Shown piece after piece: positions 38,033-47,360 of a stretch of DNA of 62,323 nucleotides. This stretch comes from a virus. Its lineage: Duplodnaviria > Caudoviricetes. The position numbers were made by a program, and so were the translations under genes. Positions within the stretch are counted from its first letter, which is position 1; the number at the start of each line of letters is the position of its first letter. Below the pieces are notes generated by a model. That model searched no databases. It worked only from the letters and a program-made list of their open reading frames with translations, and was not told the origin of the DNA. The DNA lies in IMG/VR virus record IMGVR_UViG_3300032174_000007, positions 1 to 62,323 of that record; one strand, written 5' to 3'.

Positions 38033-38458
38033 TTATGAGAGTTGCAGCACGCCGTTGGTGGCGTCGAACGCCACGGTGAACGAATCACCGGAGTTGAGCG
38101 TTACCTCCGAGCTGTAGTCGTACCAGGAGATGAGTGGCTTCAAGGGCGAAGTCGGCGTCGAATCATAGAGGACCACATAGCGGAATGGCCCGACCGAACC
38201 ACCGGAGGCGGTGAAGGTCACGTTCCCGGAAATGAGCTTATAGACGCCCGCTGTCTGCGTCGATGAGACTTGCGTGCTCGTCCCGCCCCCTGCCGTGTAG
38301 CCGTTGCCGGCGGCGATCTCGGTGATATTGGCAAAGACGGAGTTGGTGGCGACCGGAGCCACATCGGAGAGCATGACCTTGAGCGTATCTCCCCCGAGGT
38401 TCATCACCCCATTGGCAGCGTTGGCAACGAAGGCATTGAATTTGTTGTAGGCGGCCAT
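38033..38458 (-). CDS. Putative virion fibre/filament subunit
   Basis: YNKFN.F..DTLKVML..EI..GNGYTAGG..FTASGG..Y.VLY pattern. Confidence 0.65.
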   Translation of the reverse strand: MAAYNKFNAFVANAANGVMNLGGDTLKVMLSDVAPVATNSVFANITEIAAGNGYTAGGGTSTQVSSTQTAGVYKLISGNVTFTASGGSVGPFRYVVLYDSTPTSPLKPLISWYDYSSEVTLNSGDSFTVAFDATNGVLQLS

Positions 38459-38468
38459 GGCTTATCTC

Positions 38469-38648
38469 CTACAGATTAGATGAGATTGCGAATGCAGCAA
38501 CCATGCTGATCCCAATCCACGCCGGAAGCAGTAGTGGGAAGAACATCAACGCAATGCCGTCAGGTAGTCTCGCCGCATTTGCAAGACCGACGCAGTACAA
38601 AGCCATGCCCGTAAAACCTCCAACCATAACAATCAAACCGTTCAACAT
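38469..38648 (-). CDS. Small 2-TM moron
   Basis: Lower GC; AGGAG RBS; hydrophobic. Confidence 0.6.
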   Translation of the reverse strand: MLNGLIVMVGGFTGMALYCVGLANAARLPDGIALMFFPLLLPAWIGISMVAAFAISSNL

Positions 38649-38662
38649 GGAAGTTCTCCTGT

Positions 38663-39349
38663 TTATAGGAACTCGAGAATGGTCAGCGAATTGCCGGAGC
38701 CTTGCGAGGCAACGGCGTTCCAGGCGCAGTTCACGCGGATACGGTTGCGGGCGATGATACGCTTCTCCTGGCCCGGCAGGATGCCCATGGAGCCGGCACC
38801 CCCGGAGAGCGCAGCAAGGTTGGCTGGGCACACGGAGATCAGGATCGGCTCCGGATTGGGGTTGTGGAACAGGATGCCGCGGCGCATCGGGTTGGCGGCG
38901 ATGACCTGCTGCGAGCTGGTGCCGAGGTTGCTCACCTGAATGCCGTTGGGCGACGGTATCGGCACGCCGTAGGTCAGGCTGGTGAGCGGCATCGGGGCCG
39001 GCTGCGCGGCATTATAGCCGGTGAAGTTGAAGATGGTCAGCGGGTTTGTGCTCCCGGAATCGGCCACCGCGTTCCACCCGCTGTTGAGTGAAATCGCAGC
39101 ATCGCTGAAGATTGCTTCTTCCTCCTGCGGATAGATGAGAATACCCCCAGCGCCGGAGATGGGCGTCAGGTTGGCCGGAGTGATGCGGATGATCTGCGAA
39201 CCCGGATTGTGGAACACCACCCCGGCGCGGGTGGAGTCGGGGCCGAGCACCGAGGTCGATGAGGTTCCGAGCGTCGGGAACGCGATGGCGATCGGACCGA
39301 GCACCGGCACGTCATAGGCGAGCGAGGCAAGGGGCGATGTGCCGGACAT
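38663..39349 (-). CDS. Two-domain tandem-repeat virion protein
   Basis: Duplicated LGTSS..R.G..FHNP..PANL..GAG..I.P..WNAVA..N.LTI. Confidence 0.7.
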   Translation of the reverse strand: MSGTSPLASLAYDVPVLGPIAIAFPTLGTSSTSVLGPDSTRAGVVFHNPGSQIIRITPANLTPISGAGGILIYPQEEEAIFSDAAISLNSGWNAVADSGSTNPLTIFNFTGYNAAQPAPMPLTSLTYGVPIPSPNGIQVSNLGTSSQQVIAANPMRRGILFHNPNPEPILISVCPANLAALSGGAGSMGILPGQEKRIIARNRIRVNCAWNAVASQGSGNSLTILEFL

Positions 39350-39392
39350 CACAGTGCGCTCGGCAGGCAGTAGAGCGGGATGGTGTTGGCTA

Positions 39393-40283
39393 TCATGGGA
39401 GGGTGACAATCTTATACGTAAGCACAAGTTGGCCACTGCCATCGCCTGGTGTCACAGAATTAACATCAATCTGAAAACCAGTTCCGATCCCTGGTTGCGC
39501 TCCACTGGTCGATGTCGCATTTCCTGTCGTTCCAGTTTTGTAGCCGGCACCATTGCTGGTTAAGTGATACGTTAAGACCGCGCCACCACCGTCAACAGTA
39601 TCAACGACATACCTTGCAAGAATATCTGTTACAAAACCATAGCCAGTTACTTGCCCTGTATCCCCAATTACATATCCTGTTCCGGCATTTCCAGCAGTAA
39701 CACTGCTCGTCAGGATCGCCCCATATTTTATGTAATCCTCTACAGAATTGCTGATAACAAGAGATTGATTTGAAATATCAGAAAAAAGAGCGGCACCACC
39801 AGGGGTGAAAGCAGTTATCGGACCATAACCACCCGGAGTAGATGAACTAAAAACTACCGATGAAGCTATAACCTCAAATAGTCCTCCGTCGCCTGCAACC
39901 GTGCGCCCACTCCCATTTTGATAACTTAAAATAATATTTCCGGCATCAGCCCCTGGGCTTCCTGTTGGTACTGTTCCAACGTGATTATACCATTCCACAA
40001 AAATCGGAACGATCGCTTTTCCTGCTCCCGGAGCAGCTAAGACAGTCTGTGGCGCAGAGAATAGATGATTGATCTGACTAGCCGTCAAAGAAACTGTTGT
40101 AGTAAACGTCGTCAAGGGCACCTTGAAATTCGCCCCGGTCTTGAACCCGACGAGGTTTTCCGTCCCGCTCGGCGTGCCAAGCAGCGGAAAGTCTGTGCTG
40201 TTGCTCCACGGCACATTGGCCGCGATGGCAACGCCAACAGCGATAGTAGCAACCGCAAGCAGGCTAACCAGGAAGCGCTTCAT
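39393..40283 (-). CDS. Signal-peptide putative fibre/adhesin, chimeric GC
   Basis: MKRFLVSLLAVATIAVGVAIA|A; GTGY..GD/GAGY repeats. Confidence 0.65.
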   Translation of the reverse strand: MKRFLVSLLAVATIAVGVAIAANVPWSNSTDFPLLGTPSGTENLVGFKTGANFKVPLTTFTTTVSLTASQINHLFSAPQTVLAAPGAGKAIVPIFVEWYNHVGTVPTGSPGADAGNIILSYQNGSGRTVAGDGGLFEVIASSVVFSSSTPGGYGPITAFTPGGAALFSDISNQSLVISNSVEDYIKYGAILTSSVTAGNAGTGYVIGDTGQVTGYGFVTDILARYVVDTVDGGGAVLTYHLTSNGAGYKTGTTGNATSTSGAQPGIGTGFQIDVNSVTPGDGSGQLVLTYKIVTLP

Positions 40284-40288
40284 GGCCC

Positions 40289-40474
40289 TTACTCCGTAAT
40301 CATCACGTCACCGCCCTCGGTGATCATCGTATCGCCTGCGGCCTCGGTGATCATCACATCAGGTGCCCGCGGCGGCGTGCCATGCGTCCAGGCGCCTGCG
40401 GTCGCCAGCCAGACAACTAGGAAGCCGATCGCGAAGGCGATCATTCCGAGGCCAACTTTGTAACCGAGGTTCAT
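40289..40474 (-). CDS. Small signal-peptide protein with three MITE repeats
   Basis: Hydrophobic leader then DVMITEAAGDTMITEGGDVMITE. Confidence 0.6.
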   Translation of the reverse strand: MNLGYKVGLGMIAFAIGFLVVWLATAGAWTHGTPPRAPDVMITEAAGDTMITEGGDVMITE

Positions 40475-40562
40475 TGCCCTGGGCGCATCATCATTTGATA
40501 GAATGATGTTCACTCCGTTACCGGAAGGGTTCCAGTCAGAAGACTTCATGCGACGACCTCTG

Positions 40563-41273
40563 TCATTGCCATGCCGAGAATCCTGATGGAACGGTAAAAG
40601 TGAACTGCGAAGAAATGGTCCTTAGCGTTCCGGTTGGAGTGGCCGAGTTCGCAGTAAACGCCGCAAAGGCCGCATTGGTTGGAAACAATGTGCTGATATT
40701 CATGCCCTGGGAATTGGTTGCCGGATTTCCGGGGTTGCTACTGCCATACCAACTACCTGCTCCGTTCTTGTCAAACCACGCTTTGCTATTCCCAAAATCG
40801 ACCGCGACACGCACGACATCGCCAGCCGCAAAGCTCGTGAAACCCGTAGATGCCGAGAACGAACCATTGAACCAAACGCCAGGATTTATGACGTAGATGA
40901 TCGCCGCACCAGTCGCGCTGCTGGCGATCGTGCTCAAGGTCGCTGCACCGGTAGCTATCCCCACCCCCGTATCGCCGCCAGCAACGGTGCCACCAAGAAG
41001 AACCTCGAAATACAGCTTGCTTGCATTGTGGCTGGTCGTATTCCGAACGGCACCATCACTAGTGTTTGTGCCAGCTGCCGTCAGATTAGCGTTCGACAGC
41101 GTGATGTTGGCCGACTTGTCCGAAGGGTTCCAATTCGACGCCACTTGCGCCGCAGCAACGGTTGGGGTGCAAAAGCCGGGCGAACAGCCATTGAACTGCG
41201 CCTGCGGCGACTGCAATCCAAGTATTGCAAAGCAGAGGGTGAGGAAAGCCGCTACCGAGACTCTGGCGATCAT
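40563..41273 (-). CDS. Signal-peptide SPRY/ConA-like protein, paralog of 35642..36316
   Basis: PQA|Q; WNPSDK..TLSNANL..KLYFEV..PSGFSAW. Confidence 0.7.
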   Translation of the reverse strand: MIARVSVAAFLTLCFAILGLQSPQAQFNGCSPGFCTPTVAAAQVASNWNPSDKSANITLSNANLTAAGTNTSDGAVRNTTSHNASKLYFEVLLGGTVAGGDTGVGIATGAATLSTIASSATGAAIIYVINPGVWFNGSFSASTGFTSFAAGDVVRVAVDFGNSKAWFDKNGAGSWYGSSNPGNPATNSQGMNISTLFPTNAAFAAFTANSATPTGTLRTISSQFTFTVPSGFSAWQ

Positions 41274-41740
41274 GTGAGATCAGTCCCAGTCAGGTAGAAA
41301 TCACAGGTCGCCGCCGTTCCCTGCCCGGTAGTCAGTGACAGGTAGACCGTGTTGACGGTATAGCGCGTGGTAGCGATGTTCGCCGCAAGCGTCAGCGAGA
41401 GCAGGATCGTTGCGCTACTGAGCGCGGTATAGACCTGCGCGGCAGCAACCAGCGCTGTCCCCCCTTTGCTGGCGGCCGGATAGACGCCGCCGACCGCGAG
41501 CGTCAGAGATGCGCTGCAATTGGTGACCTTGATCGCAAGCGGAGTCCATGCCGTGATCGACGAGGGGATTGCGCACGCCTGATCGGCGGTAGAGTTGAAA
41601 TTGGCCGCACGGATCGAGCATAGCACGCGATCGGTATTGACTGCCGTGTTGGTGATCGTTGCCGAGCCGCCGGCAAATTGCGCCAGCGCGGGCGCAATTG
41701 CGAGCCAGAAGGCGAAGAGAAAGGAGGCAATGCGGTTCAT
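41270..41740 (-). CDS. Signal-peptide beta-sandwich protein
   Basis: MNRIASFLFAFWLAIAPALA|Q; 4 Cys. Confidence 0.7.
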   Translation of the reverse strand: MNRIASFLFAFWLAIAPALAQFAGGSATITNTAVNTDRVLCSIRAANFNSTADQACAIPSSITAWTPLAIKVTNCSASLTLAVGGVYPAASKGGTALVAAAQVYTALSSATILLSLTLAANIATTRYTVNTVYLSLTTGQGTAATCDFYLTGTDLT

Positions 41741-41744
41741 ATCA

Positions 41745-43226
41745 TCACCAGCGCGTACAGGAGAACTTATGCCCGGTCGTCGCAGCGATAACCGAGAGTG
41801 CCGTGTTCATGCCGAAACCCATCGGAGAGCTATAACTCGACAAACCCGAGAAGGTCGTAGCAGCCGGCGCGGCGAGCGGATAGGAGGCGGTTGCTGCAGC
41901 AACTGCCGTGCCGGTAAAGGAAATCCATAGCGGCTCGCCTGAGCCCGCACTGGCGTCGATATTGGCAATGGTGAAACCGTGGATGGCGGCATTTGCCGTG
42001 AAGGCATTCTGCGCCGTGCCGCCGGAAGTAATTGTGCCAGAGCAATCGGTCGGGGTGGTGTTGACATTGCCGGTGACGGTGCCGATCGCGGCGGTTCCGG
42101 CCACCAGCCCCACGGTCGAATCGTTCGATACGGTGACGCGCGGGATACCTGAACCGCTCGCGCCCGTGCCGGTCACGGTGTTGGCGCCGCCAAACTGCGC
42201 GACGTTGACGGATTGATTCGCGGGCAGCGCCACACTGTCGGGTGTGACCAGAAGCTTGGTCATCGACGCAATACCTTGGACACTGATCACATTAGCAGAG
42301 GCAGTGCCGGCAGTCCCCGGCGCGCTGCCTGCAATCGTGGTAGTGTCCTGCCCGACCGCCACGCGAGCGGAGCCGGTGCCCACGGCCCCCGCGCCCGCAA
42401 GCGCCGTTGCAGCGTTTACCCCCACAATGGCCACGCCGTTAGTCGTGCCCGGCGTGGTCTGATCAACCCCGACCTTGCCGATGAGATTTGTTCCGGCCGG
42501 CACCGGGCCTTGCACGGCCGCAAGCACCTGCGAATCAAATACGCGGGTCTCGCCTGCGGTCGTCAGCGACAACGGATCGGTCTGGCCGGTCGTATAGGTT
42601 GGTGCCCCTGTCGTGACGGCGCCTTGCACCAGCGGACCAAGTTGGCCGGAAGTCGTCGAACCTTGCGCATACCCAGCCGCTCCGCCGCCCGCCTTGAGGT
42701 TCACCAGAAGATTCCCGGCGTTGTCCATCTGCAGCGGCGAGGCATTCCCGGGCGTGATGGTCGTGGGCGTGGTCTGAAACTGTGCCCCCATCAGTATCGA
42801 GTTGGCCGGGCTCGCCGCGTTCTGTCCTACAAAATCAAAGACGCCGCCGATGTTGCCGACGATGCGCGAGGTCCAATTGCCGGATTGTGAAACCGCCGGG
42901 ACGTTCGTGATGAAGGCGTTCATGCCAGGCACAAGCACAGCACCGGGCGAGGTGCCGTAGTTCGCCATGGCGCCGAGCGTACCGCCGCCCCAAGCGGTGA
43001 TGCTGGAGACCCACGGCACGGTGCCCTGGGTGACCGATCCGCCGCCCCCGCCGCTCGCATTGGTGCAGAGGTTGCCGTGGGCATCGACCGTGAACGGCCC
43101 CGGGTTACCCGCATTGAAGGTCGGCGAGTTGCATGTGCTCACGACCAAGCCGGTCGTGTTCTGCGCCTGCGCTGGGAGCGCGAGCAAGCCCAAGAGGATC
43201 GACGCGGACACAAGATATCTGCGCAT
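41745..43226 (-). CDS. Signal-peptide fibre-like protein
   Basis: MRRYLVSASILLGLLALPAQA|Q; G/T/A-rich, PAGTNLIGKV; 4 Cys. Confidence 0.75.
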   Translation of the reverse strand: MRRYLVSASILLGLLALPAQAQNTTGLVVSTCNSPTFNAGNPGPFTVDAHGNLCTNASGGGGGSVTQGTVPWVSSITAWGGGTLGAMANYGTSPGAVLVPGMNAFITNVPAVSQSGNWTSRIVGNIGGVFDFVGQNAASPANSILMGAQFQTTPTTITPGNASPLQMDNAGNLLVNLKAGGGAAGYAQGSTTSGQLGPLVQGAVTTGAPTYTTGQTDPLSLTTAGETRVFDSQVLAAVQGPVPAGTNLIGKVGVDQTTPGTTNGVAIVGVNAATALAGAGAVGTGSARVAVGQDTTTIAGSAPGTAGTASANVISVQGIASMTKLLVTPDSVALPANQSVNVAQFGGANTVTGTGASGSGIPRVTVSNDSTVGLVAGTAAIGTVTGNVNTTPTDCSGTITSGGTAQNAFTANAAIHGFTIANIDASAGSGEPLWISFTGTAVAAATASYPLAAPAATTFSGLSSYSSPMGFGMNTALSVIAATTGHKFSCTRW

Positions 43227-43290
43227 AGCGGGTCTCCTGAGACTAGAGATGGTTGGAATCTATTTTAGCCTCGCCGTCAAGAAGTCTTTG

Positions 43291-44757
43291 TCAGGGAACC
43301 CCGGCAAAGATGATCTTGTTGCGGATTTGCGTCGGCTGCACGATCGAGTGGGCGTTCCCGGAGCCGAAGGTGATGGGGTTCATCGTGGGCGTATAACTTG
43401 GGATCGTTACACTGGCGAAGCCCGCAGCGAGACCCGAACCTGTGAACGGGCCAACCGCCCCACCGGCCGCTACGACCACCTGCTGATTCGTGTTGATGGT
43501 GCCTGGCACATAGCTGTTGCTCGCCGTCGGCGTTATCGAGATCACCGGCAACTGCCCCGCCGTCAGGGTCTGGCTTTTTGCTCCACAGGAGGCATTCAGG
43601 TAGGCAGGATTCCCGACGAGGCAGAAGGTGGTGTTGAGATTGACGTTGCCGGTATCAAGGCCGGCATAGACCACGCCAGCGGAGTTCGGCAAAGCAAAGG
43701 TGCCATCCTGGGCAGTGCCGTAGGGGAACAGCTGGCATTGGGTCGCGTTGGCCGAAGCGTTGCCACCGGCAATGGTGATGCTGGTGCCTCCGACCGAGGC
43801 GATGGTCTGGCCGGTCGCGATGGCTCCGGATCCCGGGCTCTCGATGATCCAGCCGGTGCCGAGACCAGGATAGGAGGTCGAACCTATCCCGGAGATGGTC
43901 GAGGACCCCATGGTGATGGTGCAGGGCACGACCGGGGCGATGACGGCGAGAAGAGCCGAGTAGGTCGTGCGGCTGATGGCGGCGCCGTTCTCGAGCTTCC
44001 AGTTGGTCGGGGCCGCGAAGGTGGGCCAGTCCACCTCCATCCCGATCGGCAGTTGCGAGACGGTGATGCCCAGAAGGCCCTGCGCCGCTGCGATGGTCGG
44101 GGCGGCCACCACCGGCTGCATGGCAGAAGAAACCAAGGCGGAGCTCGGCTGCGCTGCGATCGGATTGCAGCCGGTCGAATCAAAGCCAATGAGGTTGTTG
44201 GCGCGCTGGCTTGCCTCTGGGAGAAAGCCGAGCGGGTTGCATGTGTCGTCCACCGGAACCTGCAAGGCGCGGGCAACCTGGGTGGCGACCCCTTGGAATT
44301 CCAGCACCACCAGGTCAAGTGCCTGCTCCACCGCCTGCGGGAAGAAACTGCCTTGATTCCGCAGCGGCGTGGTCTGTAGGAGCGGCACGGTACGGGTGAT
44401 GGCGAGCTGAGTCCCCATGGCGATCGGGGAGCCTGAGAGCGGATAGGTGACGGTGCCGCCGATGCCCCAAATCTGGCCAGCCGGCGGAGCGTTCAGGGTG
44501 AGCGTGTAGGTGGTTGTGCCGAGGATTGTACGGGCGCCGGAGGCATCGATATAGGTCACCACGATGTCGTTCGGCGAGACCCCTATGAACGGGAAGTTGA
44601 ACACGGTCGCCGAGCCGTTGCCGAGCGCGGTGACGGAGGAAACGGTCGAGGAGACGGTGGCGCGGGCGGATATTGCATAAAGCCCCACAAGGATCGCCAG
44701 CACGGGGCCCAGAGCAACCGCTGCTCCAATGATTGCGCGTTCGAGAATCTGGGTCAT
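43291..44757 (-). CDS. Tail fibre (T7 gp17-like N-domain + tail collar) with N-terminal signal peptide
   Basis: ARA|TVSST..GNGSATVFNFPF..TR..Q..L.NQG.F.P..VE.ALD; collar PIG..APTNW..NG.AISRTTYSAL. Confidence 0.85.
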   Translation of the reverse strand: MTQILERAIIGAAVALGPVLAILVGLYAISARATVSSTVSSVTALGNGSATVFNFPFIGVSPNDIVVTYIDASGARTILGTTTYTLTLNAPPAGQIWGIGGTVTYPLSGSPIAMGTQLAITRTVPLLQTTPLRNQGSFFPQAVEQALDLVVLEFQGVATQVARALQVPVDDTCNPLGFLPEASQRANNLIGFDSTGCNPIAAQPSSALVSSAMQPVVAAPTIAAAQGLLGITVSQLPIGMEVDWPTFAAPTNWKLENGAAISRTTYSALLAVIAPVVPCTITMGSSTISGIGSTSYPGLGTGWIIESPGSGAIATGQTIASVGGTSITIAGGNASANATQCQLFPYGTAQDGTFALPNSAGVVYAGLDTGNVNLNTTFCLVGNPAYLNASCGAKSQTLTAGQLPVISITPTASNSYVPGTINTNQQVVVAAGGAVGPFTGSGLAAGFASVTIPSYTPTMNPITFGSGNAHSIVQPTQIRNKIIFAGVP

Positions 44758-44981
44758 GAGAACCTCTTGCTTACGACCGGCCCGGTGAAAAAGGGAACGC
44801 CCAACTGATCGCGCATGATCGAGAAGTCGATGCGGAAGTCCTCCCGCTCGGCCGCGCGCATCAGGTCCATCAGCTCGCCCAAGGTCTCGATGGCGCGAGT
44901 TTTGTAGTCGGCGGCTTTCTCCTCGGCCGTGGCGGGAGTGTTGCGCCGGGCATCGAGGTCTACGATACGGTCGTCTGGCAT
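44754..44981 (-). CDS. Hypothetical protein
   Basis: Coupled to tail fibre start. Confidence 0.6.
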   Translation of the reverse strand: MPDDRIVDLDARRNTPATAEEKAADYKTRAIETLGELMDLMRAAEREDFRIDFSIMRDQLGVPFFTGPVVSKRFS

Positions 44982-44982
44982 G

Positions 44983-45011
44983 TTGACATGTCCACTTGGT
45001 TAGCGTACAGA
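44983..45011 (+). promoter_or_regulatory. Sigma70-like promoter, copy A
   Basis: TTGACA-N17-TACAGA; shares CATGTTGACA..TAGCGTACA with copy B. Confidence 0.6.
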
Positions 45012-45015
45012 GTGG

Positions 45016-45231
45016 TTGGTAAATGGGAGAGGACTTGTGACGGAAATCATCTATCGTAGCCCATTCTTTTGGGAAAAAATCGAGAGAGAGGTTGAGTTTC
45101 CATTCAGCGTCGGTGTGGGCGACATACTAACAGTTGGGCAGTTCCGACACATCTTCGAGCAGGGTTATGATTTCTCTAGCTCGGAGGAACTGATGGCCTA
45201 CCTAAAGCAGGAGAAGATTTATGGACAATGA
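45016..45231 (+). CDS. Low-GC hypothetical protein ending in a cassette L end
   Basis: Stops at GGA CAA TGA. Confidence 0.5.
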   Translation: MVNGRGLVTEIIYRSPFFWEKIEREVEFPFSVGVGDILTVGQFRHIFEQGYDFSSSEELMAYLKQEKIYGQ

Positions 45232-45616
45232 CCGCTCTGGAAGCCCGACTGGTGATCAGAGGCTGGCACTGTGGCGCGAGATAGAAGCGCGTCGAATAGA
45301 ACGAAATCTAAGGCTACCCACCGAGCAGGCGGCCATCAATGCGATGTTTGAAGCCCACGAACGCTTACGGGATTTTGGGTGGCGAGATATCATCTATTGT
45401 CCGAAGGATGGCACTGTTTTCCAGGTCATCGAGACAGGATCAACCGGCATCTTTGATTGTTATTATTCCGGAGAATGGCCGGACGGTTGTTGGAATGTGA
45501 TGGACGCCAACGACGTTTATCCATCATCAAAGGGGCCAACGCTCTTTCGGCTCAAGCGTGCTGAGACCCCTGACCGCTCAGAGCCGACACAACCATCGCA
45601 CAAGCCTTGATCCAAA
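45215..45616 (+). mobile_element. L/R cassette with 129-aa cargo ORF (45221..45610)
   Basis: ORF MDNDRSGSPTGDQR..GWRDIIYCPKDG..PDRSEPTQPSHKP. Confidence 0.9.
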
Positions 45617-45632
45617 AAGAAGCCGCCACGCC

Positions 45633-45842
45633 ATGACCGAGGACCAAACCCGCCGCCTGCTGCGCGAGGAATGCCAATCAGCTGGCAGCATGCGGGCCTG
45701 GGCACGGAAGTATAACCTCTCCCCCGCCTATGTCTCCGATGTGCTCTCCGGGCGGCGCGACATCGGGCCTTCGATCTGCGAGGCCTTGGGGCTGGAGAAG
45801 GTCACGCACTATCGGGTCCGGTTTTACAAGAGGAAGGCATGA
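45633..45842 (+). CDS. Cro/XRE-like HTH protein
   Basis: SMRAWARKYNLSPAYVSDVLSGRR..ALGL. Confidence 0.8.
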   Translation: MTEDQTRRLLREECQSAGSMRAWARKYNLSPAYVSDVLSGRRDIGPSICEALGLEKVTHYRVRFYKRKA

Positions 45843-46105
45843 GCGAGGAAGCCGACAAGATCGAGTTCGTTCGCGGGCAGGTCAGGGCTTTGATCGCCTT
45901 CGCAACGGCGGTCATTCAAAGCTGCCAAGAGCCCGAAAGGCTCGACGCAGTATTTGCCGTCCTCTCCCAAGTTGCACTCGCAAGCAGCGAGACAACCTTG
46001 GTGTCGGATCGCCTGATTTCTGGCATGACGAGCACGAACGAGCGCCTTCGCGAGAGTCTGGCCACTCGTTTGAGAAATCAAGGAATGCCCCGTAATCCCG
46101 TTTGA
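45839..46105 (+). CDS. Hypothetical protein
   Basis: ATGA-coupled. Confidence 0.55.
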   Translation: MSEEADKIEFVRGQVRALIAFATAVIQSCQEPERLDAVFAVLSQVALASSETTLVSDRLISGMTSTNERLRESLATRLRNQGMPRNPV

Positions 46106-46397
46106 TCTTTTCCCGGTCGAAAGTATCCATCATGTCATCTCCTCAACCGCAAGAATGCCTCGACATCCTCGACATCCAGATCGGGCTGGCCTCCCAAGGC
46201 GCCGTCAGTGGCCTTGCGTTCCGCTTGGCGCTTCGCGACGGCCAATCCCTGCTATTTGCTCTGACCGACCATCAGGCCAGGTTGCTTGCCAAGGCAATCG
46301 TGGATCGATTGGAGGTGGCACGGGCAGAGCCGGTGTCACAGGCCGTGAACTGAAGATGTTCCACCATTGAGGTTGTTGTTGTTGGAAGGAGGAATTC

Positions 46398-46697
46398 ATG
46401 GATGAGGAGTTTCCTAGTGGTGCCTTGATCACCGTCAAACTTGAAATCCGTGTTCCTATTGCCTCGACTCGCAGCCAAATCAATGAGTGGCTAAACTACA
46501 ACTGCCTACAGAGTGGCGGCATAGGTCTTGACAATCCACTTTACAATAAAGAACCAGACGCTTTTGGTCCCCGGCCGCTCGCCTTTGAATATTCCGGAAT
46601 GGTGGGGCGCCGGGAGGAATTTGATCACGAAAATCGTCCAGATGGACGATATTACAAGGTGAGATGGATACGCGAGAGGGCACCGCCCAAGCCTTGA
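46398..46697 (+). CDS. Hypothetical protein ending in a short cassette R end
   Basis: AGGAGG RBS; ends AAG CCT TGA TCCAAATC (46688-46705). Confidence 0.65.
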   Translation: MDEEFPSGALITVKLEIRVPIASTRSQINEWLNYNCLQSGGIGLDNPLYNKEPDAFGPRPLAFEYSGMVGRREEFDHENRPDGRYYKVRWIRERAPPKP

Positions 46698-46703
46698 TCC
46701 AAA

Positions 46704-46901
46704 TCACTTCGGCCTGAGCCCATGCTTCGCCGCCACATGATCCTTCGGCAGGAACGGCGCCCGCGGCTTGACGTGATGCTTGTGCATCTTCACCCGCTTG
46801 GGCGCGTTCTGCGGCGGGATCGGCGGCCGGTGTATGGGTTCTGCGCTCAGAGGCGCCGGCACAAGCTGCCCTGGTTTCTGTTCCTCGCTCATTTTTTCCA
46901 T
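46704..46901 (-). CDS. Small basic Pro/His-rich protein
   Basis: High-GC minus-strand ORF between two plus-strand islands. Confidence 0.5.
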   Translation of the reverse strand: MEKMSEEQKPGQLVPAPLSAEPIHRPPIPPQNAPKRVKMHKHHVKPRAPFLPKDHVAAKHGLRPK

Positions 46902-46910
46902 TCTTCCATG

Positions 46911-46939
46911 TTGACACATACGCTAATATAGCGTACATA
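46911..46939 (+). promoter_or_regulatory. Sigma70-like promoter, copy B, with palindromic operator
   Basis: TTGACA-N17-TACATA; TACGCTA-ATA-TAGCGTA at 46919-46935. Confidence 0.7.
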
Positions 46940-47006
46940 GCGAATGTCGAACCGAGGCAAGGTTGCCGCCTCGCCTCGGTTCTAAGTCCAACCCACGGGG
47001 GATGCC

Positions 47007-47360
47007 GTGAACCAGACCATTCGAAATCTGCAAGCCTTCGAGCCGTACTTCGATCTCGTCGATCAACCGGCTCAGACCCTCATCGCCATCGTCCCGGTCT
47101 CGCACGGCGTGGGCTGCTACTCCCACCTCGTCACCGAGGCTGTTGCCCTTCCTTGGCATGACGATCTGCCGGCCTACTACAAGGGCCGCTGGCTGCTGCG
47201 CCAGCGCAACACGCGCGACAACCTCATCCGCGAGTCCACCGACACGTTCCCCTGCGCGAAGCTTGCGTCCTATGCCCATTGGTATCCGGACCCGGAGGAC
47301 CCGATCGAGTGGGAGGCCTGGGTGGCACCGATCTGGGCAAGCACGGGAGGGGTGTTATGA
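47007..47360 (+). CDS. Hypothetical protein
   Basis: First ORF after promoter B. Confidence 0.6.
   Translation: MNQTIRNLQAFEPYFDLVDQPAQTLIAIVPVSHGVGCYSHLVTEAVALPWHDDLPAYYKGRWLLRQRNTRDNLIRESTDTFPCAKLASYAHWYPDPEDPIEWEAWVAPIWASTGGVL

Noticed and set aside
35642-44757. Diversity-generating retroelement as in BPP-1
   Set aside because: No reverse transcriptase and no TR/VR pair differing at adenines was seen.
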